The position numbers and the translations under genes are program-made. Of a DNA stretch of 64,000 nucleotides, positions 1-9,915 are shown piece by piece (within the stretch, counting starts at the first letter, position 1; each line of letters begins with the position of its first letter). The notes under the pieces were generated by a model that saw nothing but the letters and a program-made list of their open reading frames with translations, was not told where the DNA came from and did not search any database. The stretch spans positions 100,779 to 164,778 of the forward strand of contig JAFYKF010000011.1 of NCBI GenBank assembly GCA_017537745.1, read 5' to 3'. Source of the DNA: Candidatus Saccharimonadota bacterium. GTDB taxonomy: Bacteria; Patescibacteriota; Saccharimonadia; Saccharimonadales; Saccharimonadaceae.

Positions 1-2
1 AT

Positions 3-911
3 AACGCCACTCTCATCTCAACCGCTTCCGAAGGCATCGTGATAGAGGGTTCCAATAGCGTCACTATCAGATCTTCCACAATTACCGACACCAATAATCA
101 ACTCAATGGCAACTCCGAAACCTACAAAAACATTTTCATCTATCAATCCATGAGTGGCGACGCCGAAACCGGCACTGGCACTTTCACCGCCAAAAATAGC
201 GCTTTCGTTACAATCCAGGGTGATCATTTTTTCATCACCAACACCACCGCTGTTATCTCTCTAACCAGCAATAAATTCATCAACAATGATTCTACCGGTG
301 TATTTCTCCGAGCCGCAAGTGGCAAATGGGGCACAGCCGGCTCTAACGGCGGCAAGGTCACACTTAATGCCGTCACCCAAGAGATCATCGGCGATCTAGT
401 TATCGACGAATCATCTTCGTTAAACTTAAAGCTAGTTGAAAGCTATTTCAAAGGCACTGTCAAGAATAGTGGCACCACCAATCTCACGCTCGACGCAAAC
501 TCGATTATAGTCTTAACTGGTGATTCATATTTATCTTCCCTTACCAACGCCGCGACAGACAATTTCAATATCTATGCCAACGGCCACAAACTTTATGTCG
601 CCGGCAACGAAGTCTCAATTAATCAAGACACGGCCCCAGAATCCTTCTTAAAAGATGCTCTTGATGCAATCATTGGCAATATCCAAGACGTTTCCAACAC
701 CGAACCAACCCCTGACATCAACATACCAGTGTTAGCTAGCTGCATCATTGGTGGGTTATTAGTTCTAGTAGCTATAACCACGTTAATAATCAAACGCAAA
801 CGCCGCCGCGAACGAACCCCACAACCAACCATCATCATCGATACCGACCAAAGCAACGCGCGTGGCTCAGCTAGCAAAAACAATCATAATCCATATCAAA
901 CAGGAGTATAA
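3..911 (+). CDS. 5'-truncated surface protein with a beta-helix-like repeat region and a C-terminal membrane anchor
   Basis: The frame is open from position 3 (NATLISTASEGIVIEG...), so it starts before the window. It has T/S/N/G-rich beta-solenoid-like sequence, then a hydrophobic segment (CIIGGLLVLVAITTLII) followed by KRKRRRER. Confidence 0.7.
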   Translation, partial: NATLISTASEGIVIEGSNSVTIRSSTITDTNNQLNGNSETYKNIFIYQSMSGDAETGTGTFTAKNSAFVTIQGDHFFITNTTAVISLTSNKFINNDSTGVFLRAASGKWGTAGSNGGKVTLNAVTQEIIGDLVIDESSSLNLKLVESYFKGTVKNSGTTNLTLDANSIIVLTGDSYLSSLTNAATDNFNIYANGHKLYVAGNEVSINQDTAPESFLKDALDAIIGNIQDVSNTEPTPDINIPVLASCIIGGLLVLVAITTLIIKRKRRRERTPQPTIIIDTDQSNARGSASKNNHNPYQTGV

Positions 912-913
912 AA

Positions 914-1207
914 ATGGCAAGCACCAAAGAGTTTCGCGATTTCATTCTGGAACAATTATCAGAAGTCCCAGACGTCACTTGTCGCCCAATGATGGGTGAA
1001 TTCTTGTTGTATTCAAACGGCATATTATTTGGCGGCACCTACGATGATCGTCTCCTTGTTAAAATATTCCCCGAAAATGAAAAATTCGGCATGTCCACAG
1101 CAATCCCCTATCCAAAAGGCAAACCAATGTACTACGTCGAGGATGTCGACGACAAAGAAAAACTCGCCCAAATCGTAGCGGCAACTTTATCACACAATCA
1201 TCAATAA
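914..1207 (+). CDS. TfoX/Sxy N-terminal domain family protein
   Basis: Motifs RPMMGEFLLY..GILFGGTYDDRLLVK and PYPKGKPM are typical of TfoX_N proteins. Confidence 0.8.
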   Translation: MASTKEFRDFILEQLSEVPDVTCRPMMGEFLLYSNGILFGGTYDDRLLVKIFPENEKFGMSTAIPYPKGKPMYYVEDVDDKEKLAQIVAATLSHNHQ

Positions 1208-1258
1208 AATGATAAAATAAAACTGTGATAGCAACCATTAAAAAAGACGAGGCAAAAC

Positions 1259-2002
1259 ATGGGTAGTGAAGAAACTCCACCAATCAATAATACAGAAGTT
1301 AATCCTGCAGTTGACAATGAAGGGCCATGGCAAAAAATGGCCAAAGAAGCCCGACATGCGGCAATTCGCGATCCAAATTACTTTAGCCAAGAAGAAATGG
1401 GTGCAATATTAAAATCAGCAGTTGCACAAGCCGAACAACAAGTCGAACAGACAATGGCTGATGGATATTTTGGCGAAGATGGTTTTATTCACAAAGCCCC
1501 CAACGGAGAAAAAATACCAACCCTAGCTACTGAAGAAGCTGAAGCTAATTTGAAGTATGCAAAACAAGATGCTGAAACTTTTGATTTGCTCATGAATGAT
1601 TACCAAGCTAAACTGGAGCATACAGTTCCACATGCTATCAAAAAAGAAGACTTTGCGCCAACTATAGATGATTTTATCAACAACCACACGGCTCAAATCA
1701 ATCAACTATTAGCTGAGTCCAGAGCTCTAGCAAAAGGTACTCCTGAATATGCACAAAAAGATGCAAAGCGCAAAAAGTTAGCTAATGAACGTAGTGCTGC
1801 TAAACGATTGGCAACCAGATATTTTAACGTTCCAATAGCAGAGCGAAAGCCATCAGCTACTCCAGAGCCCGACACCGATGACGGTATGAATATGGAACAA
1901 ATGCCAGCTGGCAAAACCAAAGAGCAAATTGAAGCTGAAGAATCCAAAAAGCAACAAGAACAAGAAATCGAAGACGAACAAGAAGAAGAAATGTCAATGT
2001 AA
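1259..2002 (+). CDS. hypothetical acidic, helical protein
   Basis: 247-aa ORF with an upstream GAGG and an acidic low-complexity tail; no recognisable family. Confidence 0.7.
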   Translation: MGSEETPPINNTEVNPAVDNEGPWQKMAKEARHAAIRDPNYFSQEEMGAILKSAVAQAEQQVEQTMADGYFGEDGFIHKAPNGEKIPTLATEEAEANLKYAKQDAETFDLLMNDYQAKLEHTVPHAIKKEDFAPTIDDFINNHTAQINQLLAESRALAKGTPEYAQKDAKRKKLANERSAAKRLATRYFNVPIAERKPSATPEPDTDDGMNMEQMPAGKTKEQIEAEESKKQQEQEIEDEQEEEMSM

Positions 2003-2054
2003 AGGAATTACTTAATATTCTCAAACTTGATTAACAAAAAACTTCAAGAAATAA

Positions 2055-2081
2055 TAAACCCTATTTTTTCAATAGGGTTTA
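2055..2081. terminator. bidirectional intrinsic terminator-like hairpin
   Basis: TAAACCCTATT-ttttc-AATAGGGTTTA between convergent transcription units. Confidence 0.7.
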
Positions 2082-2378
2082 AATCCTTCTTCATTTGGTG
2101 AGGGGCGACCAGAAATACTTATTCGGCTTTGCATGGTTGTGGACTGGTGTATTGACCACCCCGAATACACTACTAAGATTAAGGTTATACCTAAAAAGGA
2201 CTACCCTATTCTGATACCGTGCGAGTTCTGAGGTATACATATACAGGCAAAGAGATTCGAACTTTTAAGGATTTCTAGCTTAGCTGGAGCCGGAGAGGCT
2301 TAAAACAATGACAATGGATAAAATAAATGAAATGTAATGTCAACAGATTATGGCTTTGCTATTAATTAAAAAGTTCCT

Positions 2379-3611
2379 TTAAAAAAGTTTACCGTTTTTA
2401 TGTTCTAAAAACCTATACCTACTATTACTGTAATATCCGTTACTAAAATTTTCATCTAATCTAGCTCCGCTTTCCGACAACTTGTGGATAATAGATTCTT
2501 CATTCTTAAGATTCTTTTCAAGAATAAATATCGAATCTCTATCTATACGATTAAGCATCATCCCAGCATGAGTGCATACAATAAGCCCAGGAGCAAACGT
2601 ATTACTTTTATATGAATCAATTATTCTTTGGACTAATCCATAGTGCAAATAAGCTCCAAATTCATCAATGAAAAGGATTTTATTGTCTTTTATAGATTGA
2701 ATAATAGGAACAATAACCCCAAGCAGAGCTCTAGTTCCAATCGATTCTTCCCCAATATTAATTCCTACATACGTTTCCATGCCATTTGTTTTTATTGGAT
2801 TATAAAAGTCATCCTTTAAAAGATGGCCAGTACTTACCATCGTTCCAGGGTTAGAACGCATTATGGCTTTTGTCTCTTCAGGAATATTAAGTTTATCAAG
2901 CAGTTCGTTGGGCATCATAACATCGTCAAAGCGTATACTCTGTATAGTGAAATCCGCTTTTTTCAATATTTCGATAGTTTCATTTACTAGTTCCGGATGC
3001 TTTTTAAGCGTCATTATTGCTTCACCTTCAAGTTGCCCATTAGCGCAAGAAAGGACATGGAAACTATTAATTGCGGTGTAGACGGCTATAGCATAACTAT
3101 TGTTATTTTCGATTGCCTTCGTAATTAATAAAGTATTTGGGCGAGTCCTAGACATAAGAGCACGATTAAAACCAAAATTAATAGCGCCTGGATTAACGAC
3201 ATTGTGATCTCTCTCAAAAATAGTTCTTTGGCGATAGGAGTCTATTCTCTTTTCTTTCAATGATTCGAATAAAACCAGTTCTGAATTATACCTGATAGTA
3301 TATGAGAAAAACGAATCTCCTACCCGAAATTGCAATTCAAACCCAGTAGGTTTTTCGTCGTATCCTTTAGTAAAACGAAAATAGTCGTAAGGCAAAACAA
3401 AATCTGCATTAGCAGAAGATTTTATCATATTTTGTAGCGTAAGAAGTGCCCTAAAAATATTAGATTTCCCCGTAGCGTTTAGGCCCACTATGGCAGTTAT
3501 TTTTCTAGTCTTCTTCCCATCATCACTGAATAATATTTCTTGCTCATGACCAAAGGAACGAAAATTTTCTATTTTAAATCGTAATAATTGAGCCTTCTCA
3601 TTGGTATCCAT
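2379..3611 (-). CDS. AAA_21 / AbiEii-RloA-like ABC-type ATPase
   Basis: Walker A GLNATGKS, signature-like ESIGTRAL and Walker B LFIDEF. The likely start is the ATG at 3611, 7 nt after TGCTACTAT. Confidence 0.8.
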   Translation of the reverse strand: MDTNEKAQLLRFKIENFRSFGHEQEILFSDDGKKTRKITAIVGLNATGKSNIFRALLTLQNMIKSSANADFVLPYDYFRFTKGYDEKPTGFELQFRVGDSFFSYTIRYNSELVLFESLKEKRIDSYRQRTIFERDHNVVNPGAINFGFNRALMSRTRPNTLLITKAIENNNSYAIAVYTAINSFHVLSCANGQLEGEAIMTLKKHPELVNETIEILKKADFTIQSIRFDDVMMPNELLDKLNIPEETKAIMRSNPGTMVSTGHLLKDDFYNPIKTNGMETYVGINIGEESIGTRALLGVIVPIIQSIKDNKILFIDEFGAYLHYGLVQRIIDSYKSNTFAPGLIVCTHAGMMLNRIDRDSIFILEKNLKNEESIIHKLSESGARLDENFSNGYYSNSRYRFLEHKNGKLF

Positions 3612-3698
3612 ATAGCATATAGTAGCATAGTACCATTGTGAAATCAAGGCTTTTGTAGGAATTTTTGCAAAAAGGCGTTAAAAATTCGTTTTAAATAC

Positions 3699-3727
3699 TT
3701 GATTGAAAATCGGAACCGTGCTATTAT
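3699..3727 (+). promoter_or_regulatory. sigma70-type promoter for the HNH gene and its long leader
   Basis: TTGATT-17 nt-TATTAT, with TG at the extended -10 position. Confidence 0.6.
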
Positions 3728-3912
3728 GGGGTTAGCGGTTCAAAGAATCGCACGGAACTTTGAAAAGTTAAAGTAAAAAAATCGCTCCTGGCGGAGCCAA
3801 AAGCGATGATTTTGACAAATACGCTTAACTATTGTCAATTATATTTTAACTTATTTTACTGTTCTTGTCAACCATAACGTGCTCCGCCAGGCGAAAGAAA
3901 GGAAACTCCAGT

Positions 3913-4233
3913 ATGCATGACAGCGATTTTACACCGGCTGAGTTAGACTTAATCTGGCTAAAAGCGCAAAAAATTAGTGATGGTTATGACGCAAATGGCT
4001 ATCGCAAGGACAGCGCAGGTGCATGGATTAAGCGTTCGATGCGTGGCGACAGAAGTTCGGAAACTAATTTCGGATGGGAAGTTGACCACATCAAGCCAAA
4101 ATCGGATGGCGGGACCAATGATATTTCCAATTTAAGGCCGCTACACTGGATGAATAATCTCTCTAAGAGCGATAATTATCCAGACTGGAAGCCTTCAGTA
4201 ACGTCTGAAGGTGACCACAATGTCAAAATTTAA
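3913..4233 (+). CDS. small HNH endonuclease
   Basis: Motif GWEVDHIKPKSDGGTNDISNLRPLHWMNN; AGGAAA lies upstream of the ATG at 3913. Confidence 0.85.
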   Translation: MHDSDFTPAELDLIWLKAQKISDGYDANGYRKDSAGAWIKRSMRGDRSSETNFGWEVDHIKPKSDGGTNDISNLRPLHWMNNLSKSDNYPDWKPSVTSEGDHNVKI

Positions 4234-4264
4234 AAATGTAATTAATTCATTTTTAGCATGACCT

Positions 4265-4294
4265 AGAACCACCGGCTCAGTTGGTGGTTCTTTT
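4265..4294 (+). terminator. intrinsic terminator after the HNH gene
   Basis: AGAACCACC...GGTGGTTCT followed by TTT. Confidence 0.7.
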
Positions 4295-4394
4295 ACTAGA
4301 ATTAATAACTAGTTAGTTTTATAACAAAAAATCATCAAGCAGATACGAATCACTAATTACACATAACGCTTCGAACCTAAAGGAAGAGATTGTT

Positions 4395-4859
4395 ATGGCA
4401 AAACGCCACCCATTCAAGAAAGCTAAACCCGGCGAGCCAATACCGGTTACCGCCCGGCAACTTGAAAGTTTCATACTCGAACATAACGGCAAATTCAATT
4501 CACGCGATTACGACAAGTTCGAGCGCATGGAGCTAATGGAATCGCCCGCCCGTGACGCGATCCACGAACTAAAGACTTATTCCCTAGAAACGCTAGCACA
4601 GCGCTTTGATGTACGCCTTTTTGGGCGCGGTAAGCGCATTTTTGCGAGGTTAGATGCCGAAGACGACAAATGGTACTACTTTTCCCTCGCATACATTCCA
4701 CGCGCGCTAAATAACCGCGACGTGAATGACGCGATAGTTCAGATGTTCTTCATTGGCAAGTGGCGCGTCCACAAGCTTTCGCTTTGGGCTGAGCCAGAAG
4801 ATATTAACCATTATGGCAACGATTCTAACAAAACATTCTATCATTTAGTCAATAGATAG
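4395..4859 (+). CDS. hypothetical protein
   Basis: 154-aa ORF with an upstream AAGGAAGAG; no recognised family. Confidence 0.65.
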   Translation: MAKRHPFKKAKPGEPIPVTARQLESFILEHNGKFNSRDYDKFERMELMESPARDAIHELKTYSLETLAQRFDVRLFGRGKRIFARLDAEDDKWYYFSLAYIPRALNNRDVNDAIVQMFFIGKWRVHKLSLWAEPEDINHYGNDSNKTFYHLVNR

Positions 4860-4966
4860 CATCCACTTGGACACAATCGGGTTTTGAAAGTTATTGTGCA
4901 GAAAATAGGGGTGGGATTTTTTATTGACACGAGACGGTGAAAAATGTTTTAAGATAAGCATTTTCA

Positions 4967-4998
4967 GATCTAGTATTATTCTAGATTTGGAATATAAT
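4967..4998 (+). promoter_or_regulatory. putative operator/promoter of the methylase gene
   Basis: ATCTAG-N7-CTAGAT inverted repeat overlapping a GATC (4967-4970) and the expected -35 region of TATAAT (4993-4998). Confidence 0.4.
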
Positions 4999-5022
4999 AG
5001 TAAGTGGAACAAGTGAGGTAAA

Positions 5023-6087
5023 ATGAATTATATTTCAGCAAAAGAAACTGCTACAAAATGGGATATCTCTCAACGAAGAGTAGCTACTTTATGCTCTGAG
5101 GGACGCATTATTGGTGCTATGTTCGTCGGAAATTCATGGGTAATTCCATGCGATGCCGTAAAGCCAATGGATGCACGAACAAAAGCCGCATCCTTAATTA
5201 ATAACGAAGCAAAGCCATTTCTAAAGTGGGCCGGCGGTAAAGGGCAGTTGCTTAAAGAGATTGAGCAATATTACCCTTTTACCAAAGATACTACTATAAC
5301 AAAATACGCAGAACCGTTTGTTGGTGGCGGCGCAGTTCTATTCGACATCTTAAATAAGTACGAACTTCAAGAAGTTTATATTAGTGATATCAACGCAGAA
5401 CTAATAAATACATATACGATAATCCGAGACGATATCGACGCACTACTAGACGTTTTAAGGCGATTTGAGAGCGATTACCTAGCATTAGATAATGATGGGC
5501 GCAAAGAAGCCTATCTCGCCAAACGTGCGCGATTCAACGAGCTTAAGAGCAAGAAAGAAAATGAAGTCGAGCTAGCCGCCCTGATGATATTCCTTAACAA
5601 GACTTGCTTTAACGGGCTATACCGCGTAAATCGCAAAGGCGAATATAACGTACCAATGGGCGCATACAAAAATCCGCTTATCTGCAACGAACATAACTTA
5701 AAGGCAGTATCCAAGAAATTGCAGAATGTAAAGATAGTATGTGGCGACTACAAAAAATCCGCCGACTTTATCGATGAAAAAACTTTCGTATATTTTGATC
5801 CACCGTATCGTCCCCTCACTCCAACTGCAAATTTCACCTCCTACACAGAGCAATTATTTGATGATGCAAAACAGCTTGAGCTTGCAAAATTTGTGCGACT
5901 ACTAGATAATAAGGGGGTGAAGATGGTGGTAAGCAATTCTGATCCTAAAAATACAAATAAAAATGATAACTTTTTCGATGATGCCTACGCAGGGCAGAAT
6001 ATCAAACGTGTATCCGCAGCGCGCATGATAAATCGAAATAGTGACAAACGCGGAAAAATAAATGAATTACTAATATCAAATTTTTAA
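5023..6087 (+). CDS. Dam/D12-class N6-adenine DNA methyltransferase with an N-terminal HTH domain
   Basis: KPFLKWAGGKGQLL, EPFVGGGA, FLNKTCFNGLYRVN and FDPPY. The N-terminal ~55 aa are HTH-like (ISAKETATKWDISQRRVATLC). Confidence 0.92.
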   Translation: MNYISAKETATKWDISQRRVATLCSEGRIIGAMFVGNSWVIPCDAVKPMDARTKAASLINNEAKPFLKWAGGKGQLLKEIEQYYPFTKDTTITKYAEPFVGGGAVLFDILNKYELQEVYISDINAELINTYTIIRDDIDALLDVLRRFESDYLALDNDGRKEAYLAKRARFNELKSKKENEVELAALMIFLNKTCFNGLYRVNRKGEYNVPMGAYKNPLICNEHNLKAVSKKLQNVKIVCGDYKKSADFIDEKTFVYFDPPYRPLTPTANFTSYTEQLFDDAKQLELAKFVRLLDNKGVKMVVSNSDPKNTNKNDNFFDDAYAGQNIKRVSAARMINRNSDKRGKINELLISNF

Positions 6088-6101
6088 AGAAAGGATAAGA
6101 A

Positions 6102-6884
6102 ATGGTTGCTAATCAATCAGAAGCGTGGGCGGAAATATTTAAGAAGCTAAAAATCGATGAGCATAATTTCGATAATGGCTCCTTTGAATTATCAGCAGTA
6201 GATATAAAAAGAGTAACAAGTACATTTGGAATTACAAGCAATAGTCTAACAGAACCTAGATGTCTATGTAAACAAGATAGACGAGAAGATAGACCAGAAA
6301 TCTTTAGGAACAATGGCCTTTTTATCTTGCCAACTAAAAACGGATACTATGAAATTCTCAGAGGCGAGGGTTATGTAGACATTCCTTCCATCGAAACTGA
6401 ACCAATCGAGTATAAAACCAAACTTTCTTTTTCCCTCGAAACATCCACTGTTGGTGATTCGGAAATGCAGTATTTAGATAAAGCTTACGCTTCAAGCATA
6501 ATTAGAACATTCATGAACGATCCATCACTAGTGCTAACAATTCGAGGAAGAAAATATACTCCAAGCATTGACTTTCAAGTTGGAAAGCAAAAAATACATG
6601 CGGAAAGCGTGCAAACTGAAGTTGATGCTGGATATGAGGGCGAAAAAGAAGTTGTACTAATTGAGGCAAAGAACTCCAATGCAAATAACACAATTATTCG
6701 ACAACTTTATTATCCGTATAAGCAGTGGCAGCACTTCACCCAAAAGCCAGTTAAGACCTTATTCTTTGAGCATGACAAATATACTGGCCTATATAATATT
6801 TGGGAATTTGAATTCCAAAATCCAGACGATTATACATCTATTAAACTAAAACGTTCAGCAAGATTTAAATTTGCATCGGAGTAA
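6102..6884 (+). CDS. putative type II restriction endonuclease (PD-(D/E)XK fold)
   Basis: Motif QTEVDAGYEG...VLIEAK; it sits between two methyltransferases. Confidence 0.65.
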   Translation: MVANQSEAWAEIFKKLKIDEHNFDNGSFELSAVDIKRVTSTFGITSNSLTEPRCLCKQDRREDRPEIFRNNGLFILPTKNGYYEILRGEGYVDIPSIETEPIEYKTKLSFSLETSTVGDSEMQYLDKAYASSIIRTFMNDPSLVLTIRGRKYTPSIDFQVGKQKIHAESVQTEVDAGYEGEKEVVLIEAKNSNANNTIIRQLYYPYKQWQHFTQKPVKTLFFEHDKYTGLYNIWEFEFQNPDDYTSIKLKRSARFKFASE

Positions 6885-6889
6885 TACAT

Positions 6890-7651
6890 ATGCCCGATAA
6901 AAAGAAAGAAATAAAGAAATGGGGGCCAGACGATTTTGAGCTAGAAATGACTAGTGTCTGGAGTTTCCCTAATCGTGGCAATTGGGCTACCCACGATGCG
7001 AAATGGCGCGGAAACTGGTCACCATATATTCCGAGAAACATTCTACTTCGCTATTCAAAAGAGGGTGATTGGGTATTAGACCAGTTTGCCGGTGGTGGTA
7101 CCACACTAGTAGAAGCAAAGCTACTAAACCGCAACATAATTGGAATGGACGTTAATCCGATCGCACTTAAAAGATGTCGCGAAAAGGTTAAGTTTAAATA
7201 TGAGGGTGCAAATGGCATAGTCAAATTGTCAAAATGCGATGCGCGTAATCTAAAGCCGATTCCGGACGAAAGTATAGACCTGATATGCACGCATCCGCCT
7301 TATGCCGATATAATCCATTACAGTGAGGGCCAAGATATCCCTCGAGACTTGTCGAATTTCAAAGTCGACGAATTCCTAGAACAAATGAAGTCAGTTGCAT
7401 CCGAAAGCTATCGCGTACTTAAAAACGATAAATTTTGCGCAATCCTAATGGGCGATATGCGAAAGAAAGGCCATGTTATTCCCCTTAGCTTTAAGACTAT
7501 GCAGGTATTCGAGAATGCTGGATTTAAGCTAAAAGAAATCATACTTAAAGAACAACATAATTGCCGCGCTACCGGCTATTGGAAAACTAGTAGCATTAAG
7601 TATAATTTCTTTTTACTGGCTCACGAATTTTTATTCATCTTCAAGAAGTAA
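6890..7651 (+). CDS. second amino-methyltransferase (N6A/N4C; TRM11-like SAM-dependent)
   Basis: Motif I LDQFAGGGTT precedes motif IV LICTHPPY. Confidence 0.8.
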   Translation: MPDKKKEIKKWGPDDFELEMTSVWSFPNRGNWATHDAKWRGNWSPYIPRNILLRYSKEGDWVLDQFAGGGTTLVEAKLLNRNIIGMDVNPIALKRCREKVKFKYEGANGIVKLSKCDARNLKPIPDESIDLICTHPPYADIIHYSEGQDIPRDLSNFKVDEFLEQMKSVASESYRVLKNDKFCAILMGDMRKKGHVIPLSFKTMQVFENAGFKLKEIILKEQHNCRATGYWKTSSIKYNFFLLAHEFLFIFKK

Positions 7652-7775
7652 ACTACCAGCACTGCCTCTTTTCATACGGGCATTTTTATGCTATAATATA
7701 AAAAGTAATATTGCGGTAAAGAATGATTACTCACACCGAAAATAATTTAGTCGAGTTTCTTCTCAGGAGATCAAG

Positions 7776-9914
7776 ATGAGTCTCAGGGATTTATCAATAG
7801 TGTCTACGTATTCTTCTGACGACAACTCCGATTTACTTAATGATTTCTACAACCCAGTACTTGCCGAAGCAAAGTCATACGACAGGATTACTGGGTTTTT
7901 CTCACCAAAGGTATTTGCCATCGCTTCGAGAGGCTTTAGGGAATGTATTAAGAATAATTGTAAAATTCGCCTGATAACAAGTATCGTTGTCGATAATGAA
8001 ACCTATGAGGCTATTAACGAAACTACGCGATTGTCAGAGGTAACCGATTCACTCAAATCATTTAATCCAGACTCCTTACAAAGTGATTTGGACTATGATT
8101 ATATACAATTATTCATGGCATTATATAAATCAGGATTGCTAGAACTAAAAGTAGCTGCTACAACCCAGGGTAATGGCATAATGCACGAAAAAATTGGAAT
8201 TGTGGTTGATGAGTTCGAAAATGCAATTTCTTTTAGCGGTTCCAATAATGAAACTGCCAGCGGCTGGATTAATAATGTCGAAGAGTTTAAAGTATTCAAA
8301 AACTGGGAATCTCCTCAAATAGAATACTACGAATCTGACAAAGCTAAGTTTGAAAAATACTGGGATAACAAAAGCGCAAGCTTAAAAGTAATGACCTTAG
8401 ACGAGGCCGAATCAGAAGAGTTAATACGCAAAACCAACTCATCCGACCTCAGTATTGAAGAGATAGCCAAAAAAATCAAGGAGCGCGAAGAGGCTGGACA
8501 ACCGGGCGGCGATAATCCACCAGCCGGCCATAAACCACCGCGAGAATTGAGAGAATACCAAAAAGAAGCAATAAAACATTGGAAAGATAGCAGATATATT
8601 ACGGTCTTTGAAATGGCTACCGGAACAGGCAAGACATTTACCACGGTAAATGCCCTACAAGATTTTAAAGACACTAACGGATATCTTCGATGCGTAGTGG
8701 GTGTTCCGTTGATATCACTTCTTGTTCAATGGAAAGACGAGTTAAGGGCTAAGTTTGGTGATGATATTCGGTTAATTGTTGCAAGTAGTGCCGTCGATCC
8801 GAACTGGAGAGAAAAAATAAGAGAGTTAAAAAACCGAGCCAAATTAGGACTGAAACAAGACTTCATTATTCTCTCTCTATATGTTGCGCTATCCGACCAG
8901 TCATTCATTGATGAGCTAAAGAAGATGGACTTAGAAGGTGCAATTTTACTGGCAGATGAAATGCATAACCTCGTAACAGAACGCTGTATCAATCTCTTAT
9001 CTAGTAATATTTTTGAGTATCGCCTAGGACTAAGTGCTACCCCAGTACGACTATGGAAACCGGAAGAAAGCAGTGTGATTATGGAGTATTTTGGCAATGA
9101 TCCATATGTATTCGAACTAGAACGCGCAATCAAAGAAGGCTTTCTTGTCCCATACAATTACAATATCGTTCCGGCATATTTGACTCTCGAGGAGTTTGAG
9201 GAATACATGGACTTAAGTCATAAAGTTGGAAAATATTATGCGATGGATGATAGTAAAAATCCAGCATGCATAAGTCTAATGTTGAAACGAGCAAGAATTA
9301 AAAAGAATGCCGAGAATAAAAAGTTTGCTTTAGCGAATACGATTGAAGAATTACGAGTCAAAGATGCTTTTCATCATGCTCTCATATACGTCGATAATAA
9401 TTCTTATATTAATGAGGTCCAAAGCTTGTTAGATGCAAAAAATATTCCAACATCTAAGTTCACCGGTGAAGAGCCGCTAGATGTCCGCCAAAGCATTATT
9501 AAAACACTTCGAGAGAGGACAATAGATTCTATAATTGCGATAAGATGTCTTGATGAAGGCGTCGACATACCTTCAGCACGTAATGCATTTTTCGTGTCGA
9601 GTAATACCGATCCTAGAGAATATGTCCAAAGATTAGGGCGCGTACTCAGATTAGATAAAGAAAGCAACAAACAATTTGCTAATATTTACGACTACATCGT
9701 TCTGCCGCCAAAAAACTACGAATATAAGGATGAGTCCGAAAGAGTAACTGCGAGAAATCTAATTAAAAATGAGCTGATACGTATTAATTTCTTTTGCAAT
9801 CTGGCATTAAATGCTGAATCAGCCAAAGATGCAATTAATAGACTAATCGACGAACTAAATATGACATTTAGCGAGGATGAATTAATAATTAAACAAGAAA
9901 GCGAGGATTTCTAA
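7776..9914 (+). CDS. PLD(HKD)-nuclease fused to an SF2 DEAD/DEAH helicase (PbeA / dnd-associated restriction enzyme-like)
   Basis: HEKIG...SFSGSNNET (HKD-type nuclease), ATGTGKT, ADEMH, LSATP, LDEGVDIP and QRLGRVLR. Confidence 0.85.
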   Translation: MSLRDLSIVSTYSSDDNSDLLNDFYNPVLAEAKSYDRITGFFSPKVFAIASRGFRECIKNNCKIRLITSIVVDNETYEAINETTRLSEVTDSLKSFNPDSLQSDLDYDYIQLFMALYKSGLLELKVAATTQGNGIMHEKIGIVVDEFENAISFSGSNNETASGWINNVEEFKVFKNWESPQIEYYESDKAKFEKYWDNKSASLKVMTLDEAESEELIRKTNSSDLSIEEIAKKIKEREEAGQPGGDNPPAGHKPPRELREYQKEAIKHWKDSRYITVFEMATGTGKTFTTVNALQDFKDTNGYLRCVVGVPLISLLVQWKDELRAKFGDDIRLIVASSAVDPNWREKIRELKNRAKLGLKQDFIILSLYVALSDQSFIDELKKMDLEGAILLADEMHNLVTERCINLLSSNIFEYRLGLSATPVRLWKPEESSVIMEYFGNDPYVFELERAIKEGFLVPYNYNIVPAYLTLEEFEEYMDLSHKVGKYYAMDDSKNPACISLMLKRARIKKNAENKKFALANTIEELRVKDAFHHALIYVDNNSYINEVQSLLDAKNIPTSKFTGEEPLDVRQSIIKTLRERTIDSIIAIRCLDEGVDIPSARNAFFVSSNTDPREYVQRLGRVLRLDKESNKQFANIYDYIVLPPKNYEYKDESERVTARNLIKNELIRINFFCNLALNAESAKDAINRLIDELNMTFSEDELIIKQESEDF

Positions 9915-9915
9915 T

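Noticed and set aside
2240-2300. tRNA or tmRNA gene suggested by GTTCGAATC on the minus strand
   Set aside because: The T-stem is imperfect, and no D arm, anticodon arm or matching acceptor stem can be built.
3734-4233. HEARO/IscB (OMEGA) element
   Set aside because: The HNH protein is only 106 aa, with no PLMP or split RuvC motifs.
5023-7651. Canonical DpnII (dpnM-dpnA-dpnB) system
   Set aside because: The gene order differs, the second methylase lacks the beta-class motif order of DpnA, and I cannot recognise the nuclease as DpnII.
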